The notes under the pieces: model-generated | The model's database searches: none | Seen by the model: the letters and a program-made list of their open reading frames with translations, nothing else | Told to the model about the DNA's origin: nothing | Source: Eledone cirrhosa | Taxonomy: Eukaryota | Assembly (NCBI GenBank): GCA_964016885.1 | Contig: OZ024740.1 | Span: forward strand, 317,502,001-317,566,000 | DNA: 64,000 nucleotides | Direction of reading: 5' to 3' | Shown here: piece after piece, positions 1 through 11,674 of the stretch | Layout: each line of letters starts with the position of its first letter | Position numbering within the stretch: position 1 is the first letter of the stretch | Made by a program: the position numbers and the translations under genes

Positions 1-65
1 ATAAAACTTTCACATAATGAATATGTACAAAATTTGGCTTCATATTAATAGTAAAAAAAAGGAGG

Positions 66-466
66 AGGTTATTTTGTTGGTCCCAGTAATATAGACCCCC
101 ATCCCAGGATATTTTGCCGGTAAGAGTGCCAGACACCAAGCTTTGCAGCATAGAAATGCGACCCTTTACGGTCTGATTTCAAATCCGGGTAAGGTTAGCG
201 TTGCCTTATGTGGTCAATAAAATAAAGCACCAGTAATGTACTGGGATCAATTTAATTGACTTTCCCATCTTCTAAAATTGTTGTGAAGGCAAGTAATGCT
301 AGAGATAACACAGATTTAACACAGAAGTTTATTTATTCCCACCACTAATTATTAAGATAATTTAAACCTTAACCCTAAACCCTAACCCTAACTCAAACCC
401 AACACTAACACTAACACTATTAAAAAATCATGTTTGTCTATTTTATCGGGACCAGCAAAATAGCCT
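66..466. mobile_element. MITE-like element with ~31-bp imperfect terminal inverted repeats, internal TAACCC-like repeats and a nested SINE
   Basis: aggttattttgttggtcccagtaatatagac (66-96) is the reverse complement, with ~5 mismatches, of gtctattttatcgggaccagcaaaatagcct (436-466). A (taaccc/taacac)n tract lies at ~366-420. Confidence 0.6.
118..290 (+). mobile_element. tRNA-derived SINE, degraded copy
   Basis: Degenerate B-box tttcaaatcc followed by the family motif ataaaataaagcaccagtaatgtactggg seen in many other copies in the window. Confidence 0.7.
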
Positions 467-739
467 ATTCGTAAAAAATCAAAAAAAATCCAGCATCTAA
501 GAACGCAGCATTTTCAAACTCTCATAAGAAATTCAACAATATTTTGTAGATCTATTAAAATATGATTCTGCAGATGAAACCAAACCAGGAAAGCTCAGAA
601 ACATATACCCATAACATGCAGAGAAAACAGCTTAACACTTCAAATGTCTAGAAGAAGAGAGGTTGAAGACCAAACAAAAGTCACTTGCCGAAATGTTTAA
701 GTCACAGACCAGTAATAATGAGTTAGGTATGAAATGAAT

Positions 740-828
740 TTTGATCACTAAGAAATATAGAACCCATTTCACAGCTCTAGCATCACTCCTTTATAGTCAG
801 CCTATGGACTTTTCAGCCGAGCCTCGTG
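740..828. mobile_element. Tc1/mariner-type MITE end
   Basis: gtcagcctatggacttttcagccgagcctcgt is the reverse complement of the TIR seen at 992 and 6263. Confidence 0.55.
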
Positions 829-931
829 TGTGTATATATATAAATACCACCATATTACTTGGACGGTCGGCTTCCTGATGATTTCTCCCGAATGAAACAG
901 TTCTAGTCCTGTAGAAGCCTTTCTATATATT

Positions 932-991
<60 letters not shown>

Positions 992-992
<1 letters not shown>

Positions 993-1070
993 ACGATTGT
1001 TGGCTGAAAAGTTCATAGGCTGACCAAGATGCTCTCATTGAATGACCAAATGAAGTTTATTTCTCAACTG
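992..1070. mobile_element. Tc1/mariner-type MITE end
   Basis: TIR acgattgttggctgaaaagttcataggctgac, same family as 6263-6441 and 4870-4946. Confidence 0.55.
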
Positions 1071-1274
1071 GAAAGAAACAATAAGAAGAGTTGAAATTAA
1101 TGTATGCAAGATTCCACAGCTCTAGCGTAGTACCACCCCGTGTCACGACTCAGCGACGAGCCACATTCTGTATAGGCATATCTAATTCACAATAATTCTA
1201 AAGTATATTTCAAGAAAGGTTTTTTTTTTTTCATAAAGTCTATTTTCTAAATCTGAAGATGCAACATTGAAAAA

Positions 1275-1520
1275 TGTATGTATGTGTGTAAGTGTGTGTG
1301 TGTGTGTGTTTATGTAAGTGTGTGTGTGTGTAAGTGTATGTGTAAGTGTATACGTGTGTGTGTGTGTAAGTGTAAGTGTGTGTGTGTGTGTATGTGTGTG
1401 TAAGTATGTGTGTGTATGTGCGTGTCTGTGTAAGTGTGTGTGTTTGTGTGTATGTGTGTATGTGTGTGTGCGTGTGTGTGCGTGTGTGTGTGTCTGCGTA
1501 AGTGTGTGCGTGTCTGTTTG
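1275..1520. repeat. Imperfect (GT)n microsatellite
   Basis: Directly visible; gives spurious HT/CV ORFs. Confidence 0.95.
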
Positions 1521-1929
1521 GGCAGTGTCATCCAGTGCCCTCACTTAGCGACTGCCCCCGTCTCGGTGTTTATATGCGAGGTGAGTTTTCGAGTAAAATT
1601 ATCTTTTTCTTTGGTGTAGTAGTTTAGTTTCCCTGCACGTAGGCCACACGTGGGCATCAAATCAAATAGAAGTTTTATGTTGTGAAGGTTTCATCATTAC
1701 CCTTCTTCCTTTTTTTTTTTTACTTTTGATGACATTTAGTAAAGTATTAGCAATATATTCAGGCGTTAAATAATCACGGAGCTGCTTATGATACATTGAA
1801 ATAAATGATTCTTTGTTCAGTTTAGTGAAATTAAAAAAGACATTTAATTTCAATAAATTGTTTTAATAATTACCATTGGTAGAAGGTATAATGGTAACAT
1901 TCTTAGAAGACGATGAAGAAGAAGACGAA

Positions 1930-2296
1930 GAAGAACAACAACAAAACGTGAAAAAAACCCCACCAAAACAACAACAACAGCAACAACCAAAACAACAACA
2001 ACCACCACCAAAACAACAACAACCAACCAACCACCACCGCCACCACCACCACCACCACAGCAACCACCACCATCACCAACAACCACCACCACCACCACCA
2101 CAACAACAACAACAACAACCACCACCACAACAACAACAACAACCACCACCATCACCAGCCACCACCACCACCACCACCACAACAACAACAACAACAACAA
2201 CCACCACCACAACAACAACAACAACAACCACCACCACAACAACAACAATCACCACCATCACCAGCCACCACCACCACCACCACCACCACCACCACC

Positions 2297-2330
<34 letters not shown>

Positions 2331-2760
2331 CCACCACCACCACAGCAACAACAACAACCACCACCATCACCAACAACCACCACCACAACCACAACAACAA
2401 CAACAACCACCACCACCACCACAACAACAACAACAACAACCAACAACCACAACAACAACAACAGCAACCAACCACCACCACAACCACCACCACCACCACA
2501 ACAACAACAACAACAACCACCACAACAACAACAACAACAACCACCACAACAACAACAACAACCAACCACCACCACCAACACCACCACGACAACAACAACA
2601 ACAACCAACCACCACCACCACCACCACCACAACAACAACAACAACCACCACCACCACCACCATCACCACCACCACCACAAAACAACAACAACCACAACAA
2701 CAACCACCACCACAACAACAACAACCACAACAACCACCACCACCACAACAACAACAACAA
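1930..2760. repeat. Compound (CAA)n/(CAC)n trinucleotide array
   Basis: Directly visible; poly-Q/P/T/H/N translations in all frames. Confidence 0.95.
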
Positions 2761-2879
2761 CTAGCTCCCTAGACAGTTTTTTTCTAACTGATTCATTAGA
2801 ATGTTGAAAAATCAAATTTAGAAAAAATCTGTAATACCCAAACATCTCAACTATTTTCTAAGTCGTTATTTATTTGTTC

Positions 2880-3700
2880 ATCTCTTTTACTCTTTCTTTC
2901 TCTAGTTAAGCCCCCCCCCCCTCCCCCTCTTTTCCCTCCTCCTCTTACCCCCAATTTACAGTTATTCCCTATGTAACTCTTTTCTCTGTTTTGCGCTCTC
3001 TCTGTCTTTCTCCCTCTCTCCCTCTCTCTCTGTCTTTCTCCCTCTCTCCCGCTCTCTCTCTATCTCCCTCTTTATCTCTCTCTCTGTATCTCTTTCTGTC
3101 TATTTCACCCCTCTCTCTCAGTCTCTCTGTTTGTCTCTCTGTCTGTTTGTCTCTCTCTCTCTTTCTCCCTCTTTATCTCTCTCTGTATCTCTTTCTGTCT
3201 GTTTCACCCCCCTCTCTCTCCCAGTCTCTCAGTCTGTTTGTCTCTCTCTATATCTCTTTCTGTCTCTCCCTCTCTCTACCCCAGTCTGTCTGTCTCTCTG
3301 TTTCTCTCTCTCTCTCTCTCATTCTCTCCTTCTGTCTGTCTGTCTCTGTCTCTCTCTGGTTGTCTCTCTTTTCTCTCAGTCTGTCTGTCTAATTCTCTCT
3401 CTCTCTCCCTGTTTGTCTCTCTCTCAATCTGTCTGTCTGTCTATTTGTCTCTCTCTCTCCCTCTCTCTGTTTGTCTGTCTTTCTCTCTCTACCCCCCCCC
3501 CCCATCTATCTCTCCTTCTCCGCCCCTCTCTCTATTTCTCTACATTCTCTCTCCTTTTCAATTTCCCCCTTCCCAACTTCCTATATTACTCCCTATATAA
3601 CCCTCTCTCCCTCTCTTGCTTCTGTCTTCCGTATTTCTTACGTATCCTACAAATGTGTTTCTCCTTCTCTCTCACTTCCGATATTTCTTCACACTTCCTC
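2880..3700. repeat. CT-rich low-complexity (polypyrimidine) tract
   Basis: Directly visible (CT)n/(CTGT)n mosaic. Confidence 0.9.
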
Positions 3701-3814
3701 TAAACTTCTCCTTTGTCATCCCACCCCTCCATCATCCTAAATCTGCAAGCCCCCTCCTGTCCTCGCCCCACATATGTACACCCCGCAATTTTGTACTTTC
3801 AACTAATGTCAATA

Positions 3815-3995
3815 ATTGTTTCTACTTTTGGCACAAGGCCAGCAATTACCCAGTGCATTACTGGTACTTTATTTTATCGACCCCGTAAGGATGAAAGACA
3901 AAGTTAACCTCGGCTGGATTTGAACTCAGATGGTAAAGGGACGTAACTATGCTAGAAAACATGTCCGACCCTCTACCGATATTGCCAATTCACCT
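3815..3995 (-). mobile_element. tRNA-derived SINE (short 3' variant)
   Basis: ttgtttctacttttggcacaaggccagcaatt...tactttattttatcgaccccgtaaggatgaaag...ggatttgaactcaga (reverse-complement B-box GTTCAAATCC). Confidence 0.85.
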
Positions 3996-4184
3996 GGTTC
4001 TGTATAAGAATTACATGTACAAGGGTAAGAAACAAATTATTCACACTTTCGCCATAATATTAAATCGTCAAGTATGAAATTTGTATAAATTTCTTTTTTC
4101 TCTACAAGTTTCTACAAATTTCATACTTGACGATCCAATATATCTTTAGGTTTTTCACACTGCCTTCTGCTCATGCGTGCTTAT

Positions 4185-4355
4185 AGTTGGTACTATTGTG
4201 GTCACATGATTGAAGTTTGAACTTGACCACAGCAGTTTTCTTGCTGCTGTTACAGTGTAAACATGCCTGCTCTGCTAGCAGTGTGCATCAAGGAGGAACA
4301 AAGAGCAGTGATCCCATTTCTCTTGTTAAAAGGTGTGTCAGGGGCTGAAATTGGT
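4185..4355 (+). pseudogene. Mariner transposase 5' remnant
   Basis: From 4263: MPALLAVCIKEEQRAVIPFLLLKGVSGAEI, resembling the mariner N-terminal HTH start (..EEQRSVIRFL..GV...EI). Confidence 0.6.
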
Positions 4356-4367
4356 GTGGACGCAGCT

Positions 4368-4540
4368 TGGCAGCTTGGTTGAATGGTTAAGATGTTTCAT
4401 TTGCGATCATAAGGTCCTGAGTTTAATCCCACTGCATGACATCATGGGCAAGTGTCATTTACCATAGCCCCGAGTCAAGCTATCGCATTGTGAATAACAT
4501 TCAATAAACGGAAACTGTTTCAAGTCTCATCGGATGTAGC
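4368..4540 (+). mobile_element. Second tRNA-derived SINE family, degraded
   Basis: A-box-like tggttgaatggtt and B-box-like gagtttaatccc, followed by a body sequence gggcaagtgtc...tatagccccg-like. Confidence 0.5.
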
Positions 4541-4869
4541 TGTGATTCAAAGGTCCAACATTGTCTGCTGAAAAATGTTGACTACCCTAAGTGGCATCCA
4601 CAACAGCAATTGTGTCTCAAACAACAAGAAACGGGTACAGCAAGAAACGTGTGGAAGAAGACATTTCTTTTTAATTAGAATATATAAAGTAAAACAATAA
4701 AGATTTATTGTAAACAATTCAAGTGTCATTTGTGGTTATGAAAACGGAAAGAATAGGGAGAGACAAGGGCTCTAGGGTCACATAAGAATAGGGAGGGGAA
4801 ATGGGGAAAGTGATAGGCTCTAGTGATATGTTCTAATGACTCTGCCAATTCCTAGCCTAGGATGGTATA

Positions 4870-4946
4870 TATTTTAGAAAATAAACCTCATTTAATCATA
4901 ACATGAGAGTAACTTGGTCAGCCTGTGGACTTTTCAACCGCCCCTC
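4870..4946. mobile_element. Tc1/mariner-type MITE end
   Basis: cttggtcagcctgtggacttttcaaccgcccctc, reverse complement of the family TIR. Confidence 0.5.
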
Positions 4947-5051
4947 CTTTTGTTATTATAAATTACCATACTTTGAGCTGTTTTAACTTCTCCATTATTG
5001 TTTTTATATTGTTTTTATATTGTTTTTTTTTTTAAAACGATATTATTTTAT

Positions 5052-5211
<160 letters not shown>

Positions 5212-5228
5212 AAACAAAATTAATAGCA

Positions 5229-5498
5229 AAATGCCGTCCAAACAACGTTGGGTAAAACATTATATCGAAGGACAGAAATCAGCGGCTCGATGTTAGTTGA
5301 CTCGAAGAAATGATAGGAAGGAAGAAATAGAATGGATGAGAAGAGATCACAAACATTAGAATACGCTCACCAGATTTCATGTCATCACTTCTCATCCATT
5401 CTATTTCTTCCTTCCTATCATTTCTTCGAGACAACTCACTTCCAACTGCTGATTCCTATCCTTCGAGGTAATGTTTTACCCAACGCTGCTTAGACGGC

Positions 5499-5502
<4 letters not shown>
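5229..5502. repeat. Fold-back inverted repeat (~120-bp arms, ~30-nt loop)
   Basis: aaatgccgtc...gggtaaaacatta...ctcgaagaaatgataggaaggaagaaatagaatggatgagaag is mirrored by cttctcatccattctatttcttccttcctatcatttcttcgag...taatgttttaccc...gacggcattt. Confidence 0.9.
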
Positions 5503-5574
<72 letters not shown>

Positions 5575-5580
<6 letters not shown>

Positions 5581-6208
5581 AAGTGAGTCCTTCATCAGTG
5601 ACCCTCCAACCGTCCTCGGCATTTCATCGCTTTAAGGGCCATATGCCTCAGGTTGGTGCGAACAACGGCTAAAAAAAGTCGTTGGGACACGTAAATAAAG
5701 GGGGACGCTAGAGTAACAACAAAAGGGTTTAAGCAACGGAAAGTGAGTAGAAATAGACAAGTCCCAGATCTCTATGAATATAAACTCTGTGAAATCGTGA
5801 ACAAGAGACGAAAGACCATCGAACCTGGTAGAAATGTGAGCAAGGAAAGAATTTCGCCCAAGTTTGACGGGGGGGAAAAAAGAGAGAGAGAGAGAAAGAA
5901 AAAGGAGAGAAGAGGAAGAAGAAGAAGAAGAAGAAGAAGAAGAAGAAGAAGAAGAAGAAGAAGAAGAAGAAGAAGAAGAAGAAGAAGAAGAAGAAGAAGA
6001 AGATAAGGGGGGTCTGGTCCACGAATTCGGTAAACGCAAGTTTTGTGAAGTCGCAGACGAAAGAGAGAGAGAAAAAAATTCCATACCAGCTCGGTCAAGA
6101 CTGCGCGAGAAAAGAATTACACACAGGTCAAACTTGAAGGAGGAGGAGGAAAGAGGAGGAGGAGAGGTAGTGACAGAGAATGAGTGAGTGAAAGTTGAGG
6201 AGAGGGTG
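5575..6208. repeat. Dispersed partial copy of the 690-bp repeat unit found in tandem at 36618-38128
   Basis: Near-identical sequence from tgaaaaagtgagtccttcatcag; its internal (GAA)n is expanded. Confidence 0.92.
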
Positions 6209-6262
6209 TCTCATAGAAATGATAGGAAGGAAGAAATATATATATATATATAGAGAGAGAGA

Positions 6263-6441
6263 GTGTCGGCTAAAAAGTTCATAGGCTGACTATGAAGGAT
6301 TGATGCTAGTGGTGTGAAATCTTACATGCATTAATTTCAACTCTTATTAATAATTGCATTGTTTCTCTGCAGGGACTATGTTGAAAAATAAACATCATTT
6401 AGTCATTCCAAGAGAGTATCTTAGTCAGCCCGACCCTCATA
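6263..6441. mobile_element. Short Tc1/mariner-type MITE, near complete
   Basis: Left TIR gtcggctaaaaagttcataggctgac; shortened right TIR gtcagcccgaccctcata. Confidence 0.6.
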
Positions 6442-7239
6442 CAAGCCATAGCTTGACCTGAGGTTATGGCAAATGACAGGTGACCTAGGTACCATCTAGT
6501 GGGTTCGAACCTCGATTTCTCCTGCGCTAATAATTGTTTCTTACTCAGGAAAAAAACATGGGATATGTTTTTTTTTTTTGTTCATAGGATGGGAAGTTGT
6601 GGGATATTTTGTGACATTCTTTGATGCAATGTTGTGATATATAAAACATATCCTGAAAGCTCTGTAGACACAACAGCAATAATGGCAACAACAGCAAAAA
6701 CAGCAACAAAATGTCATTCAATGAAGTTTCAACAAAGACTGAATGCATGTCACTCTAGAAAATTATTTACATAAATATTTCACATAATAAACTGGAAGAG
6801 AGAACACACTTAAATAATGAAAGAGGAGAAAGGTGGTGGGGGCACACTTTACACCCCTGTCTAGGTGGTAAAGTTCCGATTTTGCGGAAGAAAACGACAG
6901 TCCGCAGACCGAGGACATTAAAGGTCTCAACAACGACCGGCATAAATAGGAAACAATCAGTTAAGTCCCGGTAATTGGATATCTTTAAAAAATTATATAT
7001 ATGAATTACATTGGCTAATCAAAGTAAGAAACACCAAATTGAAAGCATAGATAATGCCAATCATTTATCTCGGTTGAAATATGGAGCAGTGTATATTGCT
7101 TATTTCTATACTTGCTATCTCGTATATACGCGATACTTGGTATATAGTGGTCATAACTAATGGATTCTAGTTTAGTTTAGTCCAAGGTCAGCCCTGGTTA
7201 TGTAGACATGTGATTGAACAATTCTAGCCCTGATCCCTT

Positions 7240-7472
7240 CCCGGGTGCTCTCGAAGCGTCGGGTGGTTCAGGATTGGTGGGGTACCTGAGTGAACCCTGG
7301 GTGGTTATCCTCTCTATTGGGGAATTTTCCTTGTATTTTTATTGTTATTCTGTTATTGTTATTTATATTGTTTACACGTTGTATATGTAAACCCCCACTA
7401 TCCCTGTCTTTTGTATTGTCCCCTATATGCCGGCCCTTGTGGCCAATAAATGAAATTATTATTATTATTATT
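7240..7472 (+). mobile_element. Tx1-type LINE 3'UTR fragment (third UTR variant) with (ATT)n tail
   Basis: Ends cccttgtggccaataaa...(att)6 like the copy ending at 11049, and shares tattggggaatttt. Confidence 0.7.
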
Positions 7473-9095
7473 TGGGCCCAAGAACCGTTACTGTACAAAT
7501 TGGAGGCGATGAGAGACGTCCCACGCGAACTGGGATGTGGAAGATCCGTATCGGCTTACGCCGACGACGTCACCGTGGTGGTGTCAAGCACCGGACATGT
7601 CCAGATGCTCGGCATCGCTCTCAAGGAATATAAAGCAGGAGAGGCAAGTCCATGCCGCCCGACAGCGCTGGAGCGCTGGACGGAAGGACCGGTTAAATTG
7701 CTCGGGGTCTGGTTTGGTTCGGACCTCCAGATAGAGAAAAACTGGAGCGAGGTGACTAACAGGGTGGCCTCTCTCACCCAGAAATGGGCCGAGAGGAAGC
7801 TGTCTCTGAAAGGTCGTGCAGAGTTGGCGAATGCGTTCATCGCATCCGTCATCTGCTATCGCCTAACCGTTGTGCCTTGCCCCTGCCCAACTCTGACAAA
7901 AATGGAGCGCCTCCTCTTCCGCTTTTTATGGAAGGGACGTGCTCCCATGGTCAGACGATCCATCTGCTGTCAAGACCCGTTGCGTGGAGGACTAGGCATG
8001 TCGTAGGCTGATTATGCGCAAACACGCGCTGAGGCTGCGACATGTCTGGTGCTTCCTTGACGGTGAACAGGTGTTGTCACCGTTTGCCAGACGTGTTTTC
8101 CCCAGCTCGTCTCATTAACGGAGCTGCAGTCCTGGATCAAGAAAATACCGAGGGATAGTGCTTGGAAGCTGGAATGTCTCCAAGCGCTCACAGCCTTCTA
8201 CCAGCTGGGCACTAGTATCAGTGGAACATCCACCTCGGCGTTCTATAGAGGACTAGTGGAGGGGAAGAGCGACGATGTTCTCGGGGAGACCCTGGGCGTC
8301 GAAGACGATCGTCTGTTCGCTCTCTTCAAGAGAACTTTCAGCTCGGGGCCTATGGACAACTTCCAGAAATCCCTGGCCTGGCAGTGCTACCGGAGAGCGT
8401 TGCCGGTTCGGGATAAGTTCTACAGGCACGGAAGTGCCGTCAGTCGAACCTGTCCGAGATGCGCACAGAGCGACGAAACAGCCCTGCACGCACTGGTCAG
8501 TGTCCGAGGATTGCTAACTTGTGGAGCTATGTCGAACAGTTGCTGTCACGTGTAGGACGGATCCGGTTATCGACTGAGTCCATTGTGCAGATAGCCCCGC
8601 CGCCCTCCTTTAAGGAGGAGGAAGGGTAGGCAAGTTTTCATCTGCCTGGTGGCCATGGCAAAAGAGATTGTATGGTGGACAAGGTTGAAAGGATTGAAGA
8701 CGGACTCTTTCCTCTTCGGCCAATCCCTGATTAACTTTTTCAAGTTTCACTTGAAGAGAAAAATCAGGGTGGAGAGGCAAGTGCTGTCTTCTAGTAAGTT
8801 TGTTGAAAGGTGAGTGAAAGAGGTGAGTCTGGTCCGAGTGAACGGGCCCACTGTGAGTATGCGCCTGTAGACTGAGGAGTGGAAAACTGAGAGAGGGCGC
8901 TTGCCCTGGTGGTGAAGGTGGCCGTAGTATTTTGTGTGGTTTTCGCCACGAGTGACCCTTGGAAGTTTCCCCCTATTAGGGAAGTTTTGTTGTTTGAACT
9001 TTTTTGATATTTCTATCTTCTTGTTATAACCTTTCTTTACACGCCCCAAACCCACTTTGTATCGTCCTGTATCGTTCTGTGCCGTCTGTAATGCC
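7473..9095 (+). mobile_element. 5'-truncated L1/Tx1-type LINE (RT C-terminal half, CCHC region, 3'UTR)
   Basis: SAYADDVTV; KLSLKGRAELAN; CPRCAQSDETALHAL. Stops and frameshifts present; homologous to 15420-17110. Confidence 0.93.
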
Positions 9096-11049
9096 GGCTG
9101 GTGAGGATCAGGGTGACCCAGGTTCCGCCGGCCATTGAAATTCCCTGGCTAATGGTTGCTGTCCTCGCCGACATCGAAGCCGACACTAAAATAATTGAGG
9201 TGATAAAAGTAAAGCAGGAGAACTGGTCCGGATCTGGGACGGAGCTCCTGATCCAAGTGGACGAAAAATACATACAGGAAATTCCAGAGGTGATAGACCT
9301 CAATCACGGCAGCCACCTCACCGTAATCGTTGAGGGTAGAAGGCCTAGGTGTGTCGTTTGTGGCGAAGAAACTCACCTAAAGGCTTTCTGCCCTCAGGCT
9401 AAAAAGTTTAGGCCACTTCTCCTACCCACCCCAGTGACTCAACCATCAAAACCAGCAGCAGAAATGGCAGCAACAACTGGAGCAGCAACAACAGAAGCAA
9501 CTGTAGCAGCAACAACCCCAGCAACTGTAGCAGCAACAGTAGCAAAACCAACACCACCACCCACCCACCGCGCCAGAATTAGCACCAACGCCCCCACCAT
9601 CCACCACGCCACAACCAAAACCAACGCATGTGGAGGATTTTCCACTCCCCGACCTATCGCAACTGGAGACAGATTGTGACGACGAGGAGGAGTGGGAAAC
9701 TGTATCTGGAAAAAAGAAAAAAAAAGAAACCAAAAAAGAAAAAATCCTTTTCCTTCGCCCTCCAAAAACAAAATGCAGGGCGAAACAAACAAACAAACTA
9801 ACAAAAAGGTTAAGACTGCTATGTCACCACAAACACCAGCATCACCAACCCATCACCACAAACATCAACACCATCACCATCATTAACCCCAACACAACCA
9901 TCACAACAAGCGAAACAGAAACAAACCCACAACAAACGCAAACAAAACAAAGCAACCAAAACGATTCACACTACACAGAATTAAATTTGAACAACAACCA
10001 ATTATTACACTACACGCAACACAACGCCAGCATCACAGAAAAAGTCTATACAACACCCCAAAAATTCACACCACCCCCACACATACAAATCACTCGCATC
10101 ACACAGAAAATGTGCACGACACTAAAATTAAAATTCCCCAAAGACATCGGAGACTTCCGATAAACACTCTCCAGGAGGATTTATAAAGACATCCTTCCGG
10201 AGGAGGCCACAAACAGTGAGAAGGACGGAAAAACCGTCCTTCCTCCACAAGAAAGTGGTTGGTCTTTCCCATCTTTTTCCACTCCTTTTCAACATGACCT
10301 TACTCAGAATAGGCAACATAAATGCGCGTGGTGGTCTGGGGTCGTCAAGGAAGCAGGGCCACCTGCTCAACGACCTCAGGTCACTAAACATAGATGTCGT
10401 GGCCAGCAGCGAGACCAGAATCTCCGAAGCACGAGCCTTCGCACCGATCTTCGGCGGCTACGATGTATACGCATCACTCAGCCGTCTAGGATCGGGGAGG
10501 AGTTGCTGTGCTTTTTCGGAGAGGCAGTCTTCATCTGGCTGGTGGCCATGGCGAAAGAGATTGTGTGGTGGGCAAGGTTTAAAGGGTTGAAGACGGACAC
10601 TTTCCTCTTCGGCCAATCCCTGATTAACTTTTTCAAGTTTTACTTGAAGAGGAAAATCAGGGTGGAGAGGAAAGTGCTGTCTTCTAGTAAGTTTGATGAA
10701 AGGTGGGTGAAAGTGGCGAGTCTGGTTCGAGTCTGAGTATGCGCCTGTAGACTGAGGTGTGGGAAAACTGAGAGAGGGCGCTTGCCCTGGTAGTCAGGGT
10801 GGCCGTGGTCTTTTAGTGTGGTTTTCGCCACGAGTGACCCTCGGAGGTTTTCCCGCTTTTTGGGGAATTTTAGTTGTTTGAATTTTTTTTCATTTCTATC
10901 CCGATTTCTATTTTGTTATAACCTATATATACGACTCAAACCTAGTTTGTATCGTCCTGTACTGTTCTGTGCCGTTTGTAATGTTTTTCTTCATATTAGC
11001 CCTTGTGGCCAATAAAAAGACCATTATTATTATTATTATTATTATTATT
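9096..11049 (+). mobile_element. L1/Tx1-type LINE with B-type ORF1, ~3-kb internal ORF2 deletion and (ATT)n tail
   Basis: ORF1 zinc knuckle CVVCGEETHLKAFC. APE start MTLLRIGNINARG...DVVASSETR is fused at ~10520 to the ORF2 C-terminus AVFIWLVAMAKEIVWW. 3'UTR and (att)9 follow. Confidence 0.92.
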
Positions 11050-11268
11050 GAATGCCATAGTTGACGGAGGCTCGGCTCTGTAAGGTATAGTAATTTTTAA
11101 CCGCTATAACAATTGTAAATTGTTTAAAACTTGAACCAAATTGTAGATAAAAACCCCCTCCTCCTCGTGAGAGGGGTCTTTCTGTCCGTTATTTGGCCCT
11201 TCGGGGTTAAATAACCGCTTATTGGGGTTTTGTGCCCAATATTCATTTTAAACCGTAAAAAAAAAAAC

Positions 11269-11643
11269 ATGGCTACAAAAAAGAATTTTCACAAGTCACT
11301 CCCACTCTTTCCATCTTCTTCTTCTTCAATCGTCATTACATCAGAGAGAAGATCGTCTCTCTCCCTCCCTTCTCTAAATGTGGTGTCGCCTCTTTCGCAA
11401 GCGACGCTATTAAAGAAAAAGAAAGATATAGTTTCTGGTAGCTTTCACCAAGAGAACGTGCATACCGTGGAACATTTCTCCACAACAACGACAACGACGA
11501 AAAATGTGTGCGGTAAATACGGAAAGCCATTTCATTCGTCTGATGTCATGAAGAATAGCAGCAGCAGCCGTAATAACAGCAGCAGCAGGAACAGTGACAA
11601 GGAAAACACTAGTAGCAGCCGCAACAACATCAGCAGCACCATA

Positions 11644-11674
<31 letters not shown>

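Noticed and set aside
360-420. True telomere
   Set aside because: The tract is short, degenerate, internal and enclosed by inverted termini.
1876-2772. Poly-Q/P/H/N protein
   Set aside because: It is a pure CAA/CAC tract drifting between frames, with no domain or splice support.
6545-6662. Minus-strand exon with a good acceptor (gtgtctacag) and donor (gtaaga)
   Set aside because: The frames I read hit stops at or before the donor and the peptide is unrecognisable, so support is insufficient.
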